From Octopus vulgaris (lineage: Eukaryota), in assembly GCA_951406725.2 (NCBI GenBank), contig OX597819.1, positions 83,700,001 through 83,764,000 on the forward strand: 64,000 nt of DNA, given 5' to 3'. A program made the position numbers and the translations under genes. Shown one piece after another: positions 53,628-64,000 of this stretch; within the stretch, counting starts at the first letter, position 1, and the number at the start of each line of letters is the position of its first letter. The notes under the pieces are model-generated. The model saw nothing but the letters and a program-made list of their open reading frames with translations, did not search any database and was not told the DNA's origin.

Positions 53628-54784
53628 TGTAGCTCCAGGTCATATCTGGTCAAGACGTCTAAACCGTGATCCTCTCGTACTTGTATCAGGTATAATGCTT
53701 AAAAGGACTACCTTATCCTGGATTCATGCCACATTCATATTTTAAGACGGTAACGCGTGATTGGAGGGATGTTTAGCTGCTACTTCTGGCATATTAGATG
53801 GTCATATAAAAGCATCATTATCTCTGGGCCCGTCGAAGGGACCGAGCTGACAGGAACGTTAGCACGCCAAACACAATACTTAGCCGCATTTCTTCCGACT
53901 TTAAGTTCCAAGTTCAAATGCCACCGAGGCTGACTTTGCCTTTTATCCTTTCGGGATCAGTAATAAGACCAGTTGAGTGATGGGGGTCGATGTAATCGAC
54001 TATAGTCCTCCCCCACCCACCCACCCACCCCAAAAAACCAATTCAGTCCTAATACCAAGTATAGAATGAATTTCCCTCTATGAGTTGCATGGTGGAGTAC
54101 CGTCATCTCCCTGCCGACCTTCCCATACTTATCATTTTCATTACTGATCATTATTATCTTGTATATTAGTTACACATTGTCAGATATTTCATCTTTGTTG
54201 ACTTTGGATTGTATACAAAGCCTATTTAAACAAATAAAACGGCACAACAACCTTTAAAGCATAAAATATATCGTATTAAAACAGAGGAGACTCAAGGAAA
54301 GATATCGTAGATATTAATTTATAAAGATTAAAACTAAGCCGTACAATGACATATTACACATGCCATACTCGAAGGTTATAAACAAGCGCTTACAAGTTAT
54401 TTGCTGCCTCTATTTGAAGTATTATCCGTAACTACAAATACAAAAGGACTAAGTTAAAAGCATACACTTAGTCAGGTCCACCCATGGGAACTTTGTAAGG
54501 GAGCGGAGACAAGACTTTTTCCGAGGTTCCGATGCTGTGGTGGGGATTTCTCTCAAAATTCCAAGGGCTATGAGGAGATCGAGCATTATTTATTTAGTTC
54601 TTCATTGTTTATTTATTTTGTGGGAGGGCGGAACGCCGTCAGATATTTCATTTTCAAATGGCATATCGGTCCGGGGCCCAGAGAACCAATGATGGGCTCT
54701 CCAGATCCCGCAGTAATACAATTTGAATTCCCATTCTCATGGGGTCCTTGATTTTATACATTTTTTTTTTCTTTCTACTGTAGG

Positions 54785-55233
54785 TAGAAGGCCTGAAGTT
54801 TTGTGGGGCTAGTAGATAACTTTGACCCTAGTATTCAACTGGTACTTATTTTATGGACCCGGTGAAGAAGAAAAGCGAAGTCGACCTCGGTGGAGTTTTA
54901 AACTCAGAATGTAAAGAGCCGGAAGAAATGCAGCCAAGCATTTTGTCCGGCGTATAACGATTCTGCCCGTTCGCCATTTTCTTTAATATATTAATATTAA
55001 TTTCTAACTTAGGGCGACGAGCTGACTGTATCGTAAGCACGTCGGCAGAATTGCTTAACGACATTGCGTTCTTCTTTATGCTCTGAGTTCAAATTCCGTT
55101 GAGGTCGACTTTGCTTTCATCCTTTTAGAATGTAAGGCAAAGTCGATAAAGTAAGTACCAGTTGAGCACTAGGGTCGAGTCTTATCGACTTCTCTCGAAA
55201 TTACTAGCCTTGTGCCAAAACTTGAAAACAATG
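54785..55233. mobile_element. Head-to-head pair of family C SINEs: 54785-54976(-), 55011-55233(+)
   Basis: Shared core in opposite orientations about 35 bp apart. Another copy at 53843-54010(+). Confidence 0.82.
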
Positions 55234-56352
55234 TTAACTTCTAACATCAATTAAAGAAGGCAGCAAGCCTTTTGTTCGTTTTATCCAGTTCTGCGATTCT
55301 ACTAATCGAATAATACGAAGGCGTGGTGTTTTTGAGTAAAACATTTCACTTCAAATGACTCCAGTCCACTCAACTGAAAATGTACAGGCGTCTCATTTAT
55401 GGGAGAGTATTACATTCTCGCTCGTTTACACGCAATGGAAACCAGAATAAGATCCGGTTCTGAATAAGTCTGTAGGCTCATGACAGACCTATGACCTAAT
55501 ATGATATTGCAAAATGAAAGCGAAAGAAAATAACTCAAGTAAGTTAATGGCATGAATCTGGCTAATTCATGTCGGTAGTGAGGTACTGAATGATATACAC
55601 AAAGAAAAAATTCTCAATGTATTAAAATCCAACGCTTATTTGGAGAAATAAAAGAAAAGCATAGTAGCAACTATTAGCGAGTGTCAACGAGAAGGGGAGA
55701 TAATTTTGAGAAATTTAGAATTGATTTCTGAGAATATTTAATCTTTATGATTAATAGGAAAATTTGGCTTCTCTTAGCAGACAAGGAGACAGCTATAGAT
55801 ATGTTTATTAGGCGTCATCGCGCAAATATAAACTTTTCAACCATGCCACGTTTGTAAACAGAGATGTTTTACAAGTAGAAAATGAGTTGCGAACAGTTTG
55901 AGCCAGTAATAATTTGCGTAAACTCAAACAGTGAGCTAATAGAAATAAATCAAATGGGCTAATAGTATGAATTAAAATCTAATGTGTTTGTCTCCTGCCG
56001 TAGCTTGATTTACGCGTTCGCCACCACAACCTCGTTTAGGCTTAGCAGCCCTTCCTGTTTGTTTTCACTGTCCTGTTTGTGCTACCTATTTTGAACCTCC
56101 GCAAAATCCCAAATTTTATTTAATTTGCTTTGCGGAAGCAACTGTTTTATCGAAAGCGTATATTATTGTTAAATACTCGAAGAAATACGAGTCTAGAAAA
56201 ACAGCCAACAACTGATGAAGGGTCGTTCTTTATGTTGTTTGTTTTGTTTCCCATTTGTGTCTTTCGTTGTTCGAAAGAATAGTTCATGTTCCATGTACTC
56301 GTGTTTCGCAGTTTTTAGTTGTACACGTTTCGTGACGTCCTGTGCCCACATA

Positions 56353-56391
<39 letters not shown>

Positions 56392-56598
56392 GTATAGATG
56401 TATGTACGTATACGTATGTATATATACATATATATATCATATCATATCATATCATGTCATATTTTATATATATATATATATATTTGACTTACAGCTGTTT
56501 CCAGTAGTCATTATAGGTTCGTTACTGATAGGTAACACTGGCGCTGTAATTAGCCGCTCGGCTGAATAAAAGAGTCCGTTAAATGCAACGGATTCACT

Positions 56599-56747
56599 AT
56601 TAGATTAAAATAGCCATCTGTGTATCATACTTAATGTAAATACATCGCGTAAAGCAAATTATCTGCGATGTTCGTCTGCATGCTTTTTTGTGATATATTA
56701 AGTATTCTGCATTAAGTATGATACACAGATGGTTATTTTGATCAAAT
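56599..56747. mobile_element. Small MITE-like hairpin
   Basis: ~45-bp inverted arms including a perfect CCATCTGTGTATCATACTTAATG / CATTAAGTATGATACACAGATGG. Confidence 0.75.
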
Positions 56748-57411
56748 ACTAAGTTGCTCGGTTATGGATCCTATCCATCTGTCATCTTTGGGATTGTAAT
56801 TTTCTTACTACGGGGCAGATCTAAATTCAATGAACTTTTGTATAACCTAGGATTCGGCTAAGCCTTTCCTGCTCTTTCTTATATAAATTAATTATATGAT
56901 TTTTTATCTACTTCTAACAAAACGTTAACTACTGCCACTTTAATCTTCTGAGCATAACCGTCATTCACGTCCAGTCTAGACACTTCACAAACAAGCACAT
57001 CTTACGTGAAGAGAGACATCAAAAACATAACCATATCCAGTGGCAAGGATATTTAGTCTACTCCGCTCAGCACCTCCACGAGAAATCTTGCATGGTAGAA
57101 ACACAGCTTTCGGGTTCAGTTGGGTGCTTCTTTTCAAAAGTGAAAATTTAAACTGAAAGTTCAAATGGACCTTAAATCCTCAGTTTAGGCTTTTCAGTAA
57201 AGATAATGATATAAACATGAAATTTTAAAGTTGTATTGTTTTTTTCCTTCCTTTGTAGAAAATTATGATAAAATCTGAACGATTATGATTATGAAAGCAT
57301 AATTGATGATATTCGCTAATCTCGGGTTATCTGAAAATGGCTACTGGTTAACAGATAATATACCTTTACACAAACCAAAGATAAAGTTAAGCACCTAATG
57401 AAATTATCTTT

Positions 57412-59460
57412 CCTGGCTTTTTTTAATTGGCAAAATTTCTAACATCATCCAAATAAATTTCTCTGACAATGTTTGACTCAATATTTAGTTTTACGACATC
57501 AACAGGTTGAACTTGAAACATGGTAAAGAATAAAGTTCTTTTATATGCTTGAGTTCTTCTGGTGCTACTATAGCTGGAATCGTCAACAATATTCCCCAAT
57601 ACAAATATTTGAAAATATCTCACAGTTAATAAATGAAGCCAGATAATGAATTTACAATTCTAAAAGCTTCAGTTCTGCTTTTCTAAGAGTTGCTTCATGT
57701 TATGAAAGTAAATGCTATATTTCTACTCTAAAATCTTAACCAAATCTACCCGCTTGTTGCTTGTCAAAAAAAAGCTGGAAATCCTCTCCACACCAGAAGA
57801 TTGATTGGGAAACACTTGACTCCCAAGGACCTGTGCTGGTCAAAGAAAGGTCAGTCCTTTGTTTAGGGTTTGACCTACATTACTGACCATAGTCTATGTA
57901 ACAGAGAGCATTTCTTATCTCTTCCTCTTTTGTGTCAGCCAGACCAAGGAACAACACACTCTTTTGCGTCAGTCATGACCAAGAGCAACACTTCCTTTCG
58001 CCCTTCGATTGACGTACGAAGAGAAGCTTTCGGCTGCAAGCAAGACGATGCCACCGTTACCCATTCTTCCTTTCTAGTCATCACTTACTCTTTCACTCTC
58101 TGCTGACAGACAGCAACTTCTACACTAACAACTACTAACCAACCTTTTTGTCACTATAACTACAATTACTACTGTCTCTCTAACTATCTATCGGGCAAAC
58201 GAATAAATATATATAAATAATATTTCTTCCTTCTTGGTGTTGAATTTCACTGGTTACTCCGACGTGAGAAATTTCAAACGTTACATCTACACACTACATT
58301 TGGTAGTGGGCTACATCATATCGACCTGGTATAGCATGTCACTTCAGCCGTTACAACGCCGCTTACTTGGTTTAGTTCTAGATGCTTTTCCAAAATGACA
58401 TACTTCCAATGTAACATCTTTGGCTTGAATGATCTTATTGTAAATATCTTTTGCATTCAGCGCTTTATGCCAAACATCCATGCTAAAACATCTTGCATTA
58501 CTAACCAATTCCGGTAAGGTGAAATGCAATAGTCTGTCTGACCACCTTTCCTTTTAAATTTTTTTAAGTCTGTCTGACCACCTTTCCTTTGACATGCTGC
58601 GTAAGAACCTAAGTGATTTTATAAGTAATTCCCAACATTTAGAGCTAAAACTAAACACGTTATATATCGTTACGAGCTCCGGTAAACATGAACTTGTGTC
58701 ATTTTCACACAAATTGAAAGTATGACAACCACACGGGGTAAAATTTGCCACTGAAAACAGCTCGCTTCGGCGTCATTGTGCTTCCCGTCAAATTGGCATC
58801 TTTATTATATGCATGCACCCTTCCGTAACTTAGAAGAATAGCTTGCTCTTCCAAGGTATCCATAACTAACTGAGCACTCTCTTCGTTGTATTTATTGCTT
58901 TTATCAACGAAGTTAAGAAACTTCTCTTGTACCGCTTACCTACAGTTCTTTAAATTATACATCAACACAAATATTTTCTAGACGTGAAAGAATTCCGGAG
59001 CATCATATACACAGTAACTGCGAAGTATTTGAAGACTTCCTATCGAACAAAATTTGTTACTTTACATTCTGAGAAAAACTCCTTCTACGATTCGGAAAAC
59101 AGGGAGTTAACTTGAATGCATTTAAGCTTTTTCCTGAAATTCATCTTCTTGTAGTACATGTTCTTGGCGATTAGGATCCCATCTTGACATGAATTGTATC
59201 AGACCTAAGAAGTCCGCCTTATTTTGGATCTCCAATTCAATGTGTTGATCCACTAAACATTAATTCACAACCCCCACAAAAAGAACGTCAGTCATGCACT
59301 TCCAAACGTTGCTGTTTTCATTGCTTCAGTTCGGACTACTCTTTCTAATAAAGTCAATTCTTTTCCAAGACGACATTTCTGGAACGTTCTTCAAACTTGG
59401 ATCTTTGCTTTGTTGAAACTTTCCATAGATTTTTTTTGTAGTGTATAGTTTCTTAACTCC
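57412..59460 (-). mobile_element. hAT transposase relic, interrupted at about 57740-58340
   Basis: DFLGLIQFMSRWDP, DAPEFFH (DxTPDxSH), VQEKFLNFVD, FTPCGCHTFNLC, SKCWELL..MSKERWSDR, then the C-terminal dimerisation region ILLTIPAIVA...LNIESNIVREIYLDD at 57420-57620. Confidence 0.8.
57762..58310 (+). mobile_element. Candidate LTR plus PBS-like site inside the hAT relic
   Basis: AATAAA near 58202, end ...CACTACA (58298) followed by TT-TGGTAGTGGG. Left boundary uncertain. Confidence 0.35.
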
Positions 59461-59683
59461 GCAAGATCTTCAAGCAGTTTCCTAGGGTTGGATTTGTGAC
59501 TTGAAGGGCAGCAGTTACAAACCGAAATTCGCGACAACGGGGCAAGCAAAATAAAGATAAAAGTTTATTAATTTCAGTTTGAAGCATAATATTGTGAGAA
59601 TATGGCACCGTGTCATTCTCGTTTTTTAACAACTGATATGAAATACGCCTTTGAGATCCTCCCTTTGCCGCTGGATCATATCT

Positions 59684-59806
59684 CTCTTTACTCTTTTACT
59701 CTTTTACTTGTTTCAGTCATTTGACTGCGGCCATGCTGGAGCACCGCCTTTAGTCGATCAAATCGACCCCGGGACTTATTCTTTGTAAGCCCAGTACTTA
59801 TTCTAT
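59684..59806 (-). mobile_element. Young family A SINE tail with tandem (AGTAAAAG)n end
   Basis: Nearly identical to the other family A tails; CTCTTT(T)A repeated three times at its 3' end. Confidence 0.85.
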
Positions 59807-59855
59807 ACCTTTACCCCCTGACCAACCAATCACTCGTCCTTGGGCTGACAGATCC

Positions 59856-59983
<128 letters not shown>

Positions 59984-61020
59984 TGAGTGAGTGTGTGCAT
60001 GTTTATTTTTGGCGGCATGTATTGCCATCAATCATTACAGAATAAATTTTCTTACAATAATTTCGAAGAATGCTACTCCTAAACCAATTTGAAATTGCCG
60101 GTAGCTAGCAAATGCCTTTAAACCGCATAAAAATCAAACTGTGACAAGTACATTGTGCAAGTGTAATATCTGGAACTATTATATATTTATCAAGTTCGGA
60201 AACACTGAATTTTGTTACCATCTAACATTATTTGTGCAATTTGTCCCAAGTCCAGTGCAATTATTTATATCAATGTTTTATATTCGGTGCTTTAAAATGT
60301 TCAATTGCATTATAAAGACTATAGCCAGTTGTTGATACAACAGGAAAAGTAGAAAATCCTTCGAAGGTTATTTGCAGTATCAGATATTTATCGGTAAAAT
60401 ACCTCACTCACAAGTACATTAGTTTTATGATGCTTATATCATTTGATTCCACATTCAATATCGAAACCTCTCTCTTTTCTAAGTTGTCAAGTAACTCGTC
60501 AAGCAAAACCAGTGAAATAACATTCTTAATTAGACTCATACATTTTGTATGACGCGTGTTAACTTTTTATGTACTCTTTTTAGTAGATCAATTTGGCCAT
60601 CAGCCAATCGAATATTTCAGTAGCGTCTTGTTTGTATACTATACGAAATTCTAAATTTTTCACTTCTGTATTTTGGATACTGTCTTTCATAAATATTTTT
60701 GAAATATGTTTGAAATTTGATTTGCGTTTGCATAACTATTTGCAGTTGTTCTGTATTTTAAAGATTTTTCCTTGTGAGAGTGGACCTACACATGTTTGTA
60801 AATATACAGTTACAACAAACACTCATATACTACATTACTGTTCTTCCTCTTCAGTCACCTGAACAAATTTTTCCACTGTTTGTTATCCTTAGTATTCTAC
60901 CTGCCCATTATCAGGAGCCGGTAATGAAATTAGGTAAACTTTTATAACAGGAAACTGACATTACTATAGCTAGAGGGAGAAAATAATTTACTTTGAAGTG
61001 CAGGATTCACCTTACACCAA

Positions 61021-61426
61021 TATCAAAACTTTCTCGGACTAGTTCTGTAGCGCGCCAACAGATGGCAGCACACGGTTGCGTGTTCAGTGAGAGCTAGCAG
61101 TGAGCCAATGTGCCGAGTGACATCTCCGTGTTTACTTCTCAAGTTATCAAATTTGTTTTTGTGAACACGTCTATGCTGTACTCTGCGTTTTTTTGTATGG
61201 ACAGGAAGTTGGAACAAAGTGCCAACGTGAAATTTTGCGTTAAATTTGGGAAGTCAGCTTCAGAGACATTGAGCATGCTTCGACAAGCTTATGGCCACGA
61301 GGCAATGGGTCGTACGCAATGTTTCGAGTGGCACGGGAACTTAAAAGCGGAAGAACGTCCTTGGAAGACGTTGAGCGATCCGGAAGATTTGCCACGAACG
61401 TAACCCCCCGGAAATGTGGAGAAAAG
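61021..61426 (+). mobile_element. Mariner 5' fragment (partial TIR plus N-terminal HTH)
   Basis: From ATG 61197: MDRKLEQSANVKFCVKFGKSASETLSMLRQAYGHEAMGRTQCFEWH, then a frameshift to KSGRTSLEDVERSGRFATNVTPGNVEK. Confidence 0.9.
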
Positions 61427-63142
61427 TAAGTAGGGTATTTTAGAAGAAGACTTCAATCTAAGAATTGCAAAAAAATCTCTTTTCACGTTTTTCTTTCAAC
61501 TTACTTTAGATCTCAAAATTTGTGCTAAATTATTAAAAAAAAAAGAAAAGAAAAATTTAATTTTCAAAATAAACATTCCATGATGGTGTGCAGCAGATTT
61601 TTTCTTTCAATTTAGAATGAAAATAAATTCTATTTATATCAATAGCTAAAGAAAAAAAATATTTGGAAAATAAGAAAGAATTATTGAAATTATTGAAAAA
61701 AAAAAGCTTACAGAGAGCATTTCTGCCAGGCTAGCATCAGGTCCTGAATGGAATTATGTATATTTTCTAAAACAAAGTCTTCTCGCATTTCAAATGCTTC
61801 TTTGGTTTTAATTAATACATTTAATCAAGACAATATTTTCCTTCATAATTGATAAGATACTCCTATCTCTTTGCCTAAGAGTTGGCTCTGGTGTAAAATC
61901 CTTTAGATTTCGAAGCAAAGAAATACTCAGTTTTAATTACATGTCCGTAGCACTGCAGCTGTAATCTCTCTCAATCGCGAAGTAGCGGCTCGATCTAGAG
62001 AAACTCCCTGATCTCCGAACTGCGCATCCTATCAAGTTACGTTACTCCAGAGATCTTTCGAAGGAACCCCATTTCGGCCAATTATATTCGCGATCGTTCT
62101 CCTTCGGTCATTAGTTTTAGAATGTGAACAGCTAAATTGAAAATTTAATGCATCAAGCGTTAAAAGATAGATTTTAAACATTCAAAAATGCTGTTACTTT
62201 CAATTAGTCTTCTATAACTTGATGTCGAAACTTTCGTTGCACTGTCTGCGACCTGGTCATTGTCGCAGTTCCATTGCAACTGGTCTGAAACTAGGTTGTG
62301 GGCGAGACTCCTATACAAACTCCAGGTTTTAAATAATATAATTTTTAAATTTTTCGTTCCATCTTCTCTGTAATTATTTAATTATTTAATTATTTATTAC
62401 TCGGTGTCAGTTTTTTCTTTTTCTTTCTTTTTTTTTTTTAAATGCACCATTTTTGTTTTTCACAACTTGAACTATAAAGTCAGATTCCAAGAAAACCCTG
62501 GCCATTTTGATCTTAGTATGTTCCTGCAATAAGCTTATAGTTTATACTGTATTTCGATTCTATCGATTTTGCCATTTTTTCTATTTTAAAACGAATCTAA
62601 TTAATGAATCTAAATGATTGTTTTCTGAAGAACGGTTTGTTTGTAGAGCTTTTGCTCTAGTCTGAATGTATATGGCGGCTTAACTGAACATAATTTGTGT
62701 TATTTTGGTTGTCCCGTTGATTTAAATTTAATCTGACGTATATAACCAGAATGAATACAATGTCCAAAATTAGTCATATCTGATCACCCTGTCCACCATC
62801 CTGTCCACGGACTCTCATGTCGCAGACGACAGATGAGAGCCCTTCAATTTTTTTATGAACAGCCTACTTACATGATTTGTTTATAGTGATTAAAAGTTTG
62901 TGTTGTACATTAGCTCATTCTCCCCACCCATCAAATCGACATTGCCAGTGCAGGTGCACGGTGTGCCACACGTCGGGTATCAAAGTGATCAAAAAGCAAC
63001 GTGAAATGAAGTTTTTAGCTCAAGAATACAACTCACCACCCAATCTGGAAATCGAAACCACGATCTTGTAATTGCGAGTGCAACACTGTAATCACTAAAT
63101 TATGTGCTCTCACGTCAATTGGAACTATTACCCATCCCTCTA

Positions 63143-63580
63143 AGGCGGCGAACTGGCAGAAATGTTAGCACGCCGGGCGAAATGCTTAGCAGTATTTCAT
63201 CTGTCGTTACGTTCTGAGTTCAATTTTTGCCGAGGTCGACTTTGCCTTTCATCCTTTCGAGGTCGATAAATTAAGTACCAGTTACGCACTGAGGTCGACG
63301 TAATCGACTTAATCCGTTTGTCTGTCCTTGTTTGTCCCCTCTATGTTTTGTCCCTTGTTGGCAATAAAGAAATAAGAAACGTTAACACGCCGACCGAAAA
63401 GGCCTAACGGCATGTCGTCGGTCGTTACGCTCTGAGTTCAAATTTCGCCGATGTCGACTTTGCCTTTCATCCTTTCGAGGGTCGACGAAAAAAGTACCAG
63501 TCGAGCGCTGGGGTAGATGTAATCGATTATCTTTCCCACCAACAAAATTTCAGGCCTTTTGCTTATAGTAGAAAAGGATT
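63143..63580 (+). mobile_element. Two family C SINEs in tandem or nested (tail 1: 63143-63375; tail 2: 63375-63580)
   Basis: The second copy starts at AGAAACGTTAACACGCCG, which repeats the head segment AGAAATGTTAGCACGCCG of the first. Confidence 0.88.
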
Positions 63581-64000
63581 ATTACTCCTCTCTTTACATG
63601 ATGGAACGAGCCATTTGTATTATGGGGTAAATAGATAGGTCCCGTTAAAAAAATATGGGAAATACCTGCACAGCTACATGTTCGCGAATCTTTGGAAAAT
63701 AATGCGATGAAAGGCTGCCGTGAGTTTTATTAAAGACTACGTTCACATAAGCAATACTGAGAACACTACAGCCAACACCACCACTAATGTATCTCTATAA
63801 TTCCTCGGTACACAAACCAATAGTCGTCGTCGTCGTAGTCGTCGTCGTCGTAGTCGTCGTCATCGGTGGCGACGGCATCGTCACGTCGTGCCGTAGTTTT
63901 CTTCCATTACGGAATCGCTACTGTCACCATTACAACCATCACCATCATCATCATCATCATCTGTAGCTGCAACACTGTCGACGTCGTCATCATCATGATC

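Noticed and set aside
53363-53653. ORFs with poly-L/H/R/Y/C or poly-S/T/A runs
   Set aside because: Artefact of the compound trinucleotide repeat.
56213-56280. CTGATGA followed later by GAAA
   Set aside because: I could not form stems I-III in register, so it is not called a hammerhead.
58531-58590. 23-24 bp direct repeat AGTCTGTCTGACCACCTTTCCTTT
   Set aside because: Simple local duplication within the decayed hAT; no wider structure.
63818-63995. Protamine-like RRRRS / poly-His reading
   Set aside because: (GTC)n/(CAT)n microsatellite with no supported ORF or splice context; cut by the window edge.

Overview
AT-rich, microsatellite-saturated animal genomic DNA, intronic or intergenic. The SINE sequences and repeat landscape look like a coleoid cephalopod, probably Octopus; this is inferred from pattern recognition and was not verified by any search. 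I found no intact host gene and no intact transposase or RT ORF. Almost all ORFs in the supplied track are microsatellite artefacts. The window holds decayed mobile elements: four mariner relics (one near full length with perfect 36-bp TIRs), a DD37D/maT element, Tigger and hAT relics, two Helitron helicase relics plus a non-autonomous Helitron, RTE/BovB-like, CRE-like, R4-like and Tx1/L1-like LINE pieces, a Ty3/Gypsy pol fragment, candidate solo LTRs, and many copies of two main SINE families. The most interesting signal is a set of short elements next to (TA)n tracts that carry type I hammerhead ribozyme folds of the Penelope-LTR kind, in about five unrelated sequence families. One family (two full copies and one partial) is a ~130-bp palindrome encoding a hammerhead on each strand. 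Its two arms match within each copy at every position where the copies differ from each other.
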